This document shows, piece after piece, positions 44,652 to 53,633 of a stretch of DNA of 59,724 nucleotides. Source of the DNA: Myxococcota bacterium (GTDB lineage: Bacteria; Myxococcota; JACRCW01); assembly GCA_040752415.1 (NCBI GenBank), contig JBFMGU010000028.1, positions 1 through 59,724 on the forward strand, read 5' to 3'. The notes below the pieces were generated by a model. That model made no database searches. It worked only from the letters and a program-made list of their open reading frames with translations, and had not been told where the DNA came from. Numbering within the stretch: position 1 is the first letter of the stretch; every line of letters starts with the position of its first letter. The translations under genes were made by a program, and so were the position numbers.

Positions 44652-44817
44652 GAGTGAAAGCGGTACTTCATACCGCAGTCCGAAAGTGCCGGCCTTCACA
44701 GGGGACGCGCTGCCGGCACAAGTCCCTTCCGACGACGTCGCGGCGTGCGGAACCACGAACCATCAGGAAACGGCGTCCCGCACTTTCGGACTGCGGTATG
44801 AAGTACCGCTTTCACTC
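44652..44817. repeat. 166-bp element with perfect 38-bp terminal inverted repeats (MITE/REPIN-like)
   Basis: GAGTGAAAGCGGTACTTCATACCGCAGTCCGAAAGTGC (44652-44689) is the exact reverse complement of 44780-44817; each arm holds the hairpin GCGGTA-CTTCA-TACCGC. Confidence 0.9.
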
Positions 44818-44844
44818 GGAGGGGCCGTCAACGCCCACCCAGCG

Positions 44845-46302
44845 TCACGCCTGCTTGAGGCCCTTGATGCGCCAGGGGCCGCTCAGCTCGTCGGCGTTGG
44901 TGGGCACCGGAACGCGGCTGATGATCTGGCGGATCTTCTTGGTCATCGGGTCGCGGGGAATCTCGTCCGCCTCGGTGAACTCCACCTCGACGGTATTCCC
45001 CAGCCCGTGCTGCGCCAGGTAGCGCGCGAAGTTGTCCTTCAACGCCCGCAACACCGACTCCGCGTCCACCTGCGACTCCCGCGTGAACGTCACGCGCAAC
45101 TGGTTCTGCTGCTCATGCACCAGCTGGTACTGCTTGAGCCCCTCCACCTCGAGGAACAACGCCTCGAACGGGATGGGCGTGTGCGCGTGGAAGCGGTTGT
45201 CCTCGCCGCGGAGGTAGAACGTGTCGTCGGTGCGGCCCAGCACCTTCACCGTCTTGAACGGGAACCCGCACGGACACGGCTCGCTGTTGATGACCACCTG
45301 GTCGCCAATCTCGTAGCGGATGATGGGCTGCGCGTAGGCCATCAGGTTCGTGATGTAGACCTTGGTCCCCGGCCGCCCCTCGGGGACCGGGTAGCCCGCC
45401 GCGTCCACGCTCTCCAGGATGCACACGTCCTCGTTGACGTGCAGCCTCCCTTCCCGGCACTGCGTGGCAATACACACGCACTCCGTGGTGCCATACGTCT
45501 CCGAGACGTACGCGCGCGGAAACGCGGTGAGCAGCGTGGTGCGCGCCATGGCCGTGACCGGCTCACTCCCCAGGCTGATGACCTCCGGCGCAATCTCCAG
45601 CCGCCCCTGCAGCTTCTCGTGCGCGAGCGCCTCAAGGAACGTGGGGTAGCCATGCAGGTAGTGCGGCTGGAAACGGTTCAGCTCCTCGCAGAGTTGGGCC
45701 ATGGGCGTGAGGATGCTGAACGCGTGGCGGTCCATCATCATCCGCGCCAGCAGCGGCGGCCTGAGGCCAAGCAGGTAGGTCACGTAGTGCCCGCCCGTCG
45801 CCGTCACAAACGCCATCTTGTACCGACGCCACGGACCAAACCGCAGCACCTCGAACGGATTGGCCAGCTTGTGCCGGAGGATCCGCGCGAACAGCGTGCC
45901 GCGCAGGTACTCGAACGCCTTGGTCTCGGTCAGGAAGTAGCCCACGCGCCCCGTGGTCCCGCTGGTCATGGCCAGCAGGAGGTCCTTCCCCAGCGCCTGA
46001 CCCACCGCGGTCTTGTCGCGACCGAAGGCCTGCACCTGCTGGAAGTTCACCGCGCGGTTCGCCACCGTGTCGTCAAAGCGCTCCATCAGGAACTGCTTGT
46101 CCACGGGGGGCAGGTCGGTGAGCTCGAAGTTCCGGGGGTCAATGCCCGCGTACAGGTTGCGGTACATGGGCACGCGCTCGGCGGCGTGGGCCACCAGGCG
46201 GGCCAGTCGCGCGTGTTGCAGTCGCGTGATGCCCTGGCGACTCAGGGTGCGCTCCCGCCAGAGGGCGGCGGCACATGCAAGGAGGAACCTGGTCGCGGAC
46301 AT
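44845..46302 (-). CDS. Phenylacetate-CoA ligase / coenzyme F390 synthetase-like adenylate-forming enzyme
   Basis: AMTSGTTG, ETYGTTE, ITNL...PIIRYEIGD, CPCG, LGRTDD; start ATG 46302 tentative. Confidence 0.85.
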   Translation of the reverse strand: MSATRFLLACAAALWRERTLSRQGITRLQHARLARLVAHAAERVPMYRNLYAGIDPRNFELTDLPPVDKQFLMERFDDTVANRAVNFQQVQAFGRDKTAVGQALGKDLLLAMTSGTTGRVGYFLTETKAFEYLRGTLFARILRHKLANPFEVLRFGPWRRYKMAFVTATGGHYVTYLLGLRPPLLARMMMDRHAFSILTPMAQLCEELNRFQPHYLHGYPTFLEALAHEKLQGRLEIAPEVISLGSEPVTAMARTTLLTAFPRAYVSETYGTTECVCIATQCREGRLHVNEDVCILESVDAAGYPVPEGRPGTKVYITNLMAYAQPIIRYEIGDQVVINSEPCPCGFPFKTVKVLGRTDDTFYLRGEDNRFHAHTPIPFEALFLEVEGLKQYQLVHEQQNQLRVTFTRESQVDAESVLRALKDNFARYLAQHGLGNTVEVEFTEADEIPRDPMTKKIRQIISRVPVPTNADELSGPWRIKGLKQA

Positions 46303-46457
46303 TTCGGCTTGCGGCGGCGCATCGTTACCACGGTCACGCCAAAGCCAACCAGAAACCTTTCTCGCCCGGGCGTGGGTCAACTGGCGGCTTGACGGGGGTC
46401 AAGGCCCCTGGGGAGGATGCGCGCTTCTCGCCCACGGGGCGGAGGGACGGGAGCACC

Positions 46458-47753
46458 ATGAGCAGCGCCGAGACCAGGTCCAAGCACAAGCAGCACATGT
46501 TCCCGGCGGTGGCCAACTACTACGAGGAGCCCCTGGTCCTCCGGGAAGGCAAGGGCCGCTACGTCAAGGACGCCGACGGTCGCGAGTACCTGGACTTCTT
46601 TGCCGGCATCCTCACCACCAGCGTGGGCCACGCGCACCCCACGGTGAACGCCGCCATCCACGCCCAGGTGGACAAGCTCCTGCACACCAGCACCCTCTAT
46701 CCCACCGAGCCCATGGTGGAGTTCGCCGAGGCGCTGCTGAAGAAGATGCCCAAGCACCTCACCAAGGCCTTCTTCACCGCCTCCGGCACCGAGGCCGACG
46801 AGACCGCCGCCATGATGGCCATGGTCTCCACCGGCCGCAGCGAGCTGATTGCGTTGCGTCACGGCTACAGCGGTCGCAGCGCGTTGGCGCAGTCCCTGAT
46901 GGGGCATGCCAACTACCGCGCGCTCCCCACGCAGATTGCCGGCATCAAGCACGCCATGACGCCGTACTGCTACCGGTGTCCCATGGGCCTCAGCTACCCC
47001 AGCTGCGAGGTGAAGTGCGCCCAGGACCTCGAGGAGCTCATCCGCACGACGACGACGGGCCAGATTGCCGGCATGCTGGCGGAGCCCATCCAGGGCGTGG
47101 GTGGCTTCATCACGCCGCCCAAGGAGTACTTCCAGACCGCGATTGCCATCATCCGCAAGTACGGCGGCGTCTTCATTGCCGACGAGGTCCAGACCGGCTT
47201 CGGTCGCACCGGCGGCAAGATGTGGGGCTTTGAGCAGTACGGCATCGAGCCCGACATCGTCTCCATGGCCAAGGGTATTGCCAACGGGATGCCGCTCGCC
47301 GCCACCGTCACCACCGACGCCATTGCGGCAACGCTGAAGCACGGCTCCATCAGCACCTTTGGCGGCAACCCGGTCTCCTGCGCCGCGGCCACCGCCGTCA
47401 TCACCGTCATCGACAACGAGCAGCTGTGCGACAACGCCGAGGCGCGCGGGAAGGAGCTGCGCGGCGGCCTGCTGGAGCTGAAGAACAAGTACGCCATCAT
47501 TGGCGACGTGCGCGGCATGGGTCTCATGCAGGCGCTGGAGCTGGTGGTGGACGAGCCCAAGCGCGACCGCACGCCCAACCCGCAGGCCACGGTGCGTCTC
47601 TTCGAGGAGACCAGGAAGCGCGGCCTGCTCATTGGCAAGGGCGGTCTGTACGGCAACACGGTGCGGATTGCCCCGCCGTTGAATGTCACCGCCGGTGAAG
47701 TGGCGGATGCGCTCCGCAAGTTGGATGAGAGCTTTGCGGCTCTGTCCAAGTGA
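46458..47753 (+). CDS. Class-III PLP aminotransferase (beta-alanine/AGXT2-like; PydD-like by context)
   Basis: YLDFFAGI...GHAHP, SGTEA, AEPIQGVGG, IADEVQTGFGRTG, MAKGIANG, TFGGNP, DVRGMGLM. Confidence 0.9.
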   Translation: MSSAETRSKHKQHMFPAVANYYEEPLVLREGKGRYVKDADGREYLDFFAGILTTSVGHAHPTVNAAIHAQVDKLLHTSTLYPTEPMVEFAEALLKKMPKHLTKAFFTASGTEADETAAMMAMVSTGRSELIALRHGYSGRSALAQSLMGHANYRALPTQIAGIKHAMTPYCYRCPMGLSYPSCEVKCAQDLEELIRTTTTGQIAGMLAEPIQGVGGFITPPKEYFQTAIAIIRKYGGVFIADEVQTGFGRTGGKMWGFEQYGIEPDIVSMAKGIANGMPLAATVTTDAIAATLKHGSISTFGGNPVSCAAATAVITVIDNEQLCDNAEARGKELRGGLLELKNKYAIIGDVRGMGLMQALELVVDEPKRDRTPNPQATVRLFEETRKRGLLIGKGGLYGNTVRIAPPLNVTAGEVADALRKLDESFAALSK

Positions 47754-48109
47754 GACTCCAGGTCATGAGGCTCCAGGTCGTTCACGCTTTGGTGATGGTG
47801 TCTGCGCTGCTCGCGTTGTCGGCGGGCTGCGGTATCCGCAATCTCGGGGAGACCTGCTTCCCCAGCCCGGAATCCATCTACGGACCGGACCGCTTCAGCG
47901 CTGAGAAGCCGCCCACGGGCGAGGACATTCCGTGCGCGCCGGGCCGTTGCCACCCAGACCTGAAGGTCTGCGTGGAATGCCTGGACGACAACGACTGCGC
48001 GCGCAAGGACATCTTTGACCGGCCCATCTGCAACGACCCCATCCCGGTGAATGAGGGTGGCGACGGCCTTCCCTTCTGCACCTACGAGCCCCGCAAACTC
48101 CCACAGTGA
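47750..48109 (+). CDS. Small Cys-rich lipoprotein
   Basis: LSAGC lipobox; CAPGRCHPDLKVCVECLDDNDC; overlaps the aminotransferase stop (alternative start ATG 47765). Confidence 0.65.
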   Translation: MRLQVMRLQVVHALVMVSALLALSAGCGIRNLGETCFPSPESIYGPDRFSAEKPPTGEDIPCAPGRCHPDLKVCVECLDDNDCARKDIFDRPICNDPIPVNEGGDGLPFCTYEPRKLPQ

Positions 48110-48148
48110 CATCCCACCCTCTCTGCCTGCACCAGGGGGAATGACGAC

Positions 48149-49504
48149 GTGACCACCACCGAAAACTACGCGAAGCTTCCCGCCGGCCGTCCCGAGGAGT
48201 CGCTCCCGGACCATCACCCCAGCTACTCGCGCGCGGACGCCGTGGTGGAAGCACGCCGGTGCCTCTACTGCTACGAGGCCCCGTGTCAGGACGCGTGCCC
48301 GACGGAAATCGACATCCCCACCTTCATCCGCAAGATCGCCACCGGCAACCTCCGCGGCGCGGCCAAGACCATCCTGGCCTCCAACGTGAACGCGCTGTCC
48401 TGCGCACGCGTTTGCCCCGTGGAGGTCCTCTGCGCGGGCTCCTGCGTCTACAACCACCTCGACGGCGGGCAGCCTCCCATTGCCATCGGTCGCCTGCAGC
48501 AGCACGCGCTGGAGCACGCGTACACGCAGGGCACGGTGCACACGCTGCTGGGCCCCAAGGACCCGCCCACGGGTCGGAAGATTGCGTTGGTGGGCGCGGG
48601 TCCCGCGTCATTGGCGGCGGCGGCGGAGCTGACCCTGCGGGGTCACTCCTGCGTCATCTTCGAGGGGCGCGACTTCCCGGGCGGTCTCAACACCACCGGC
48701 GTGGCGCCGTACAAGATGAAGGCCTCGGAAGCACTGCGCGAAGTGCAGATGGTGCTGGACCTGGGCGTGGAGCTGCGCACGAACACCATGGTGGGTCGTG
48801 ACGTCACGCCGGAGGAGCTGCTGGACCAGTATGACGCCGTCTTCCTGGGCGTGGGCCTTGGCCCCGACGGTGCCGTGGGCGCCGACGGCGAGGACCTGCC
48901 CGGCGTGCACGGCGCGGTGGCCCTCATTGAGCGGCTGAAGACGGAGCCCGGCCCCGTGACCGAGGGCGTGGCGCACGCCGTGGTCATTGGCGGCGGCAAC
49001 ACGGCCATCGACATTGCGCGGGAGCTCAAGTTCCTGCGCGTGCCGGAGGTGACCATGGTCTACCGTCGTGGCGAGCCGGCCATGAGCGCCTATGAGCATG
49101 AGCAGGAGGCCGCCAAGCACGAGGGCGTGCGCTTCCTGCATTGGCACCAGCCCGTGGTCTTCCGCGGCACCGACCGCGTGCGCTCCGTGCAGCTCGCCCG
49201 CACCAAGGAGGGCGCGAATGGGCGCCTGGAGGTGACCGAGCAGCTCGTCGAGATTCCCTGCGACCTGGTGGCGCTGGCCGTGGGTCAGGGCAAGCTCAAG
49301 GAGCTGTGCGAGAGCTTCCCGGGCGTGCAGTTCACGGGCGGTCGTGTCGTGGTGGATTCCCAGACCGGGCGCACCGGCAACCCGCGCGTCTTCGCCGGTG
49401 GCGACGTGGCCAACGGCGGCAAGGAGGTGGTCAACGCCACCGCCGAGGGCAAGCTGGCCGCCAAGGCCATCCACCAGATGCTGTCCAACGGTCACGCTGC
49501 GTGA
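48149..49504 (+). CDS. preT: NAD-dependent dihydropyrimidine dehydrogenase subunit PreT (GltD-like)
   Basis: EARRCLYCYEAPCQDACP, CARVCPVEVLC, VGAGPA, IGGGNTAID, FAGGD; upstream of preA. Confidence 0.88.
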   Translation: MTTTENYAKLPAGRPEESLPDHHPSYSRADAVVEARRCLYCYEAPCQDACPTEIDIPTFIRKIATGNLRGAAKTILASNVNALSCARVCPVEVLCAGSCVYNHLDGGQPPIAIGRLQQHALEHAYTQGTVHTLLGPKDPPTGRKIALVGAGPASLAAAAELTLRGHSCVIFEGRDFPGGLNTTGVAPYKMKASEALREVQMVLDLGVELRTNTMVGRDVTPEELLDQYDAVFLGVGLGPDGAVGADGEDLPGVHGAVALIERLKTEPGPVTEGVAHAVVIGGGNTAIDIARELKFLRVPEVTMVYRRGEPAMSAYEHEQEAAKHEGVRFLHWHQPVVFRGTDRVRSVQLARTKEGANGRLEVTEQLVEIPCDLVALAVGQGKLKELCESFPGVQFTGGRVVVDSQTGRTGNPRVFAGGDVANGGKEVVNATAEGKLAAKAIHQMLSNGHAA

Positions 49505-49839
49505 TGAGCCCCGCCACCACGCCCGACGACGAGGACGAGGTTGCCAGCCCATCTGCGGGCCGGCGCGCGTTCCGCCTGGGCCTGGTGGCCATGTACGTCA
49601 CGTTCTGCATTGCCTTGATTGCGTTCAACCAGATCTATCCGTCGCAAGGCAGCCTGCAGATCCTGACGTACCTGTTCGCGGTCTACATGGCCGCGCGCGC
49701 GCTGGCGCAGTGGCTGACCTACCGGAGGGAGACGCGCCCTCCCCGCTATTCCAAGAGCTACATCCGCGCCGACGACCTCTTCCCACCACAGAACAAGTCC
49801 GACACCGACGAGAAACCCAACGGGAGTCCCCATGGCTGA
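49504..49839 (+). CDS. Small two-TM membrane protein between preT and preA
   Basis: MSPATTPDDEDE...two hydrophobic helices (LGLVAMYVTFCIALIAF; ILTYLFAVYMAARALAQW); TGATG overlap with preT and 8-nt overlap with preA. Confidence 0.7.
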   Translation: MSPATTPDDEDEVASPSAGRRAFRLGLVAMYVTFCIALIAFNQIYPSQGSLQILTYLFAVYMAARALAQWLTYRRETRPPRYSKSYIRADDLFPPQNKSDTDEKPNGSPHG

Positions 49840-51196
49840 CCTCTCGATCAACTGCGCAGGCATCAAGAGCCCCAACCCGTTCTGGCTGGCCTCCGCCCCG
49901 CCCACCAACACCGGAGACCAGGTGATGCGCGCGTTTGACGCCGGCTGGGGTGGCGCGGTGTGGAAGACGCTGGGCGAGCCGATTGTGAACGTGACCAGCC
50001 GCTTTGGTGGCCTGGACATCAACGGTCAGCGCCTGGCGGGCCTCAACAACATCGAGCTGATCACCGACCGTCCCCTGGAGGTGAACCTCAAGGAGATTGC
50101 GGAGGTGAAGCGGCGCTATCCCAAGCACGCCGTGATCGTCTCGTTGATGTTCGAGACCAAGGACGAGTGGCGCGACATCATCAAGCGCTCCGAGGACACC
50201 GGCTGCGACGGACTGGAGCTCAACTTCGGCTGCCCGCACGGCATGTGTGAGCGCGGCATGGGCAGCGCGGTAGGCCAGGAGCCGCGTGTCCTCGAGGAGA
50301 TCACCGGCTGGGTGAAGGAGTTCGCCAAGACGCCGGTGCTGGTGAAGCTCACGCCCAACATCACGGACATCCGCCTGCCGGGTCGGGCGGCGGCGCGCGC
50401 GGGCGCGGATGGCATCAGCCTCATCAACACCATCAAGAGCCTCATTGGCGTGGACCTGGACAAGCTGGTGCCGTTCCCCGTCGTGGGGAACAGGAGCACC
50501 AACGGCGGCTACTGCGGTCCGGCGGTGAAACCCATTGCGCTGCACATGGTGGCGCAGCTGGCGCAGGACCCCGCGGTGCGCAAGCCCATCAGCGGCATTG
50601 GCGGCATCAGCAACTGGCGCGACGCCGCGGAGTTCATGGCCCTGGGCGCCACCAGTGTGCAGGTGTGCACGGCGGTGATGCACTACGGGTTCCGCATCGT
50701 GGAGGACATGATCGAGGGGCTGGACGCCTACCTCGACGAGAAGGGCCTCAAGAGCGCCATGGACCTGGTGGGCATGGCCGTCCCCGCGTTCAGCGACTGG
50801 GGCAACCTGGACATGAACCACAAGGTGATGGCCAAGATCGACCCGATGAAGTGCATCGGTTGCGACCTGTGCCACATCGCCTGTCGCGACGGCAGCCACG
50901 ACTGCATCCACTTCCACGACCAGGGCAGCCCCGCGCTGGAGGACGTCAAGGCGGTCATTGCCAAGCGGGAGGGCGCGCCGCCGGCGCATCGCATTCCTTA
51001 CGTCGCTGCGCACGAGTGCACGGGGTGCAATCTGTGCAGCCTGGTGTGCCCGGTGGAGGGCTGCATCACCATGGTCGACGTCACGCCGAACAAGAGCCCG
51101 GAGAGCTGGAACGAGCGCATGGAGCGCCTGGGCAACCACCAGGACGCCGTGGCGTTCACCAAGAACTACCAGGGCTGGCACCGCAGCGGTCACTGA
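49832..51196 (+). CDS. preA: NAD-dependent dihydropyrimidine dehydrogenase subunit PreA
   Basis: NPFWLASAPPT, GWGGAVWKT, NNIELI, ELNFGCPHGMCERGMG, KLTPNITDI, GGYCGPAVKP, CIGCDLCHIAC, CTGCNLCSLVCP. Confidence 0.94.
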   Translation: MADLSINCAGIKSPNPFWLASAPPTNTGDQVMRAFDAGWGGAVWKTLGEPIVNVTSRFGGLDINGQRLAGLNNIELITDRPLEVNLKEIAEVKRRYPKHAVIVSLMFETKDEWRDIIKRSEDTGCDGLELNFGCPHGMCERGMGSAVGQEPRVLEEITGWVKEFAKTPVLVKLTPNITDIRLPGRAAARAGADGISLINTIKSLIGVDLDKLVPFPVVGNRSTNGGYCGPAVKPIALHMVAQLAQDPAVRKPISGIGGISNWRDAAEFMALGATSVQVCTAVMHYGFRIVEDMIEGLDAYLDEKGLKSAMDLVGMAVPAFSDWGNLDMNHKVMAKIDPMKCIGCDLCHIACRDGSHDCIHFHDQGSPALEDVKAVIAKREGAPPAHRIPYVAAHECTGCNLCSLVCPVEGCITMVDVTPNKSPESWNERMERLGNHQDAVAFTKNYQGWHRSGH

Positions 51197-53043
51197 GCCG
51201 GCGGCCTCGCCCTTCCCTTCCGCTCCGCGGCCATCCTCCCAATCCCGCGCGAGCACGCCCCCATCCCCAGCAAACACAACCACGCCGGCCAGCGGAGCCC
51301 CAGCGGGCCTCGCTCCGTGGCGACGTCAACCCACGGTCCCAGCCGTGCCGCGTCCACGCCGGTGCGGACCTCCGGGAACTTGGGATACGCCGCACCCTCG
51401 CGCGCATGCGTGAACACCACGCGCTGCACCGGCTCCGCGAATTCGACCCGCACCCATTGCCCCTGACGCTGCGTGCCGCCGAGCCACGCCGTCGTGAGAT
51501 TGGCGTCCCACATGGCTTCCGGGCGCATGCCTTCCTTGGTGGCCACGTTGACCGGCTTCACCTCCGCGCCCTGCGACGTCACGCCCTGCACCTCCGCGAC
51601 TTCCCAGTTGTCGCGCAGGGCCTGGGCCTTGAGGCGCACCTCGACGACGCGCTCGCCCTCGCGAGCGGAGACCACGAGCGGGCCGCGCGGGCTGGTGCTG
51701 AGCCACATCCAGTTGACGTCGTCAGGGAAGAGCGTGGCGTTGATGAGACTGCGCGGGAGTGCGGAGAACTGCGGGGTGTAGACGTCCAGGTAGTCGTTGA
51801 AGGGCTTGTCGCGGATCCAGAACTGCTGGTCGTAGGAGAACATGAAGAACGTGCCCACGAATGACGCCGCCACCGAGCCCATGGTCGTCACCGTGAAGGC
51901 CACGCGTACCGCCGTGGAACGCAACCGCCCGCGCTGGAACTCGACGAGCAGCGGCCCGATCCCGAGCATCCACAGCCCGATGAACGGCGTCATGAGCCGC
52001 GGGCCGTAACAGGTGCCGCCATGCCAGCTCCACCACTTGCTGTAGACCAGCATGGGCACCAGCGCGCCCAACGCGAGCCACGGGGCGGCGCCGAGCCAGC
52101 GGTGTCTGAGCGCGTAGAGGGCCCAGAGGCCAAGCAGGCTCAAAGGCGCGTAGAACGCCAGGCCGCGCCCCGCGCTCATCACGAGCCCGTAGAATCCGAC
52201 GAGGAACGGCGCGGAGAACCCAGGGCGACCGTCAAAGACGTCATTGGGAATGGTGGTGTCGTGGTAGCCGGTGCTGAAGGGGCTGCCGAACTTGAGGAAG
52301 TTGGTGAGCAACCAGAGCCCCACCAGCGCCGTGCCCGCTCCCACCGCGACCATGGCCGCACGCTTGTCGACGGAGAAACGCTTCCCCGGCTTCAGCGCCG
52401 TCATCCCGGCCAGCACGGGGAGCAGCACCAGGACCACGCTGTTGTTGCCCAGCGCGCCCAGCAGCGAGAGCCAGGTGAAGACCAGGGAACGTCGACGACC
52501 ACGCGTGCGGTAGGCCAACGCGGCGGCGAAAGCGCACAGCACGAACAGCGCGGTGAAGGGCTCGCTGTAGAGCCGCTTGGTGTACGGCCAGACCGGGTTG
52601 GCCAGCGCAAAGATCGACGCCGCCACGACGGACGGCCCCATCCCCACGCCCACCGCCCACAACGCGCGCTGGAACGGCACCACGCAGGCCACGCCGGCGA
52701 GGACGGAGGGGAGCATGAGCCATGCGTCGTCACCGCCGGGGATGGCGCGTTTGAGGAGCACGCCAGGGACGAGCAGCACGCTGGTCAGCGGGGGGTACTT
52801 GGTGTGTCTCCCATCGGCGCCGCGCAGGGTGCCGTGGTCGATCAGGCGCTCGGCGGCCTGGACGCGTTCGCGCTCGTCGGGGGCGCCCCAGCGGTTGCCC
52901 AGGGTGAGCACCTGCAGACACAGCGAGAGCAAGAGCACGAGCACACGCGCGCGGTAGCGCTCCACCGGGAGGCCACCGTCGAGCTCACGGGGATCCGGTG
53001 GGGCGGGCGCTGCCGGGGGGACGGGCGCCTCGGTCCCGGTCAC
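51190..53043 (-). CDS. Polytopic membrane protein, GT-C glycosyltransferase-like, with C-terminal discoidin/F5-8-like domain
   Basis: Acidic first loop (APDERE), TKYPP, YSEP, WWSWHGGTCYGPRL, many TM helices; WDANLTTAW...QWVRVEF. Confidence 0.65.
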   Translation of the reverse strand: MTGTEAPVPPAAPAPPDPRELDGGLPVERYRARVLVLLLSLCLQVLTLGNRWGAPDERERVQAAERLIDHGTLRGADGRHTKYPPLTSVLLVPGVLLKRAIPGGDDAWLMLPSVLAGVACVVPFQRALWAVGVGMGPSVVAASIFALANPVWPYTKRLYSEPFTALFVLCAFAAALAYRTRGRRRSLVFTWLSLLGALGNNSVVLVLLPVLAGMTALKPGKRFSVDKRAAMVAVGAGTALVGLWLLTNFLKFGSPFSTGYHDTTIPNDVFDGRPGFSAPFLVGFYGLVMSAGRGLAFYAPLSLLGLWALYALRHRWLGAAPWLALGALVPMLVYSKWWSWHGGTCYGPRLMTPFIGLWMLGIGPLLVEFQRGRLRSTAVRVAFTVTTMGSVAASFVGTFFMFSYDQQFWIRDKPFNDYLDVYTPQFSALPRSLINATLFPDDVNWMWLSTSPRGPLVVSAREGERVVEVRLKAQALRDNWEVAEVQGVTSQGAEVKPVNVATKEGMRPEAMWDANLTTAWLGGTQRQGQWVRVEFAEPVQRVVFTHAREGAAYPKFPEVRTGVDAARLGPWVDVATERGPLGLRWPAWLCLLGMGACSRGIGRMAAERKGRARPPAQ

Positions 53044-53621
53044 GGGCCGCGGGCCTCCGCGGGTCGTCGGGGATGCCAGAGCGGCTCGGGGACGCCCGCG
53101 CGCCGGTTGGCCACGCGCGACAAGGTGAACAACAGGTCACTGAGCCGGTTCACGTAGGTCAGCACGATGGTGGGCAGCGGACTCTCACGGTGCAGCGTCA
53201 CCAGCGAGCGCTCCGCCCGACGCACCGCCGTCCGCGCCACGTGCAACGCCGCCGCCTGCGACGTTCCCCCCGGCAGCACGAACGTGGTCAACGGCGTCAG
53301 CTCCGTGTCCATGCGGTCGATGATGTGCTCCAGCTCGGCCACGCGCGCGTCGTCGACGGGGAGGCTCATGCGCTTGTGCAGCGTGGCCTCCTTCTGCGGC
53401 GGCGTGGCGACGACGGCACCGAGGTCGAACAGGTCCACCTGGATGGCGCGCAGGATGGCGGCAAGCTCCGGGTCGTTCCCCAACGAGATGGCCAGGCCCA
53501 CGGCGGAATTGGCCTCATCCAGCTCACCGTAGGCGCTCACGCGCAGGTCATCCTTGAGGACGCGGGGACCGCCGAAAAGGCCGGTCTCACCTGCGTCGCC
53601 GGTGCGCGTGTAGATCTTCAT
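53040..53621 (-). CDS. pduO: ATP:cob(I)alamin adenosyltransferase (PduO type)
   Basis: MKIYTRTGDAGETGL, AYGELDEANS, FVLPGG, HVARTAVRRAER, YVNRLSDLLF. Confidence 0.94.
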   Translation of the reverse strand: MKIYTRTGDAGETGLFGGPRVLKDDLRVSAYGELDEANSAVGLAISLGNDPELAAILRAIQVDLFDLGAVVATPPQKEATLHKRMSLPVDDARVAELEHIIDRMDTELTPLTTFVLPGGTSQAAALHVARTAVRRAERSLVTLHRESPLPTIVLTYVNRLSDLLFTLSRVANRRAGVPEPLWHPRRPAEARGP

Positions 53622-53633
53622 GCGGGAGGGCTC

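Noticed and set aside
44650..44817. CRISPR array, hammerhead ribozyme or complete retron at the inverted-repeat element
   Set aside because: Only two copies in inverted orientation and no cas genes; CTGAGTGA...GAAAG does not fit the hammerhead core; no reverse transcriptase in the window.
48149..49504. Glutamate synthase small subunit gltD
   Set aside because: Homologous fold, but no gltB nearby and preA follows, so preT is preferred.
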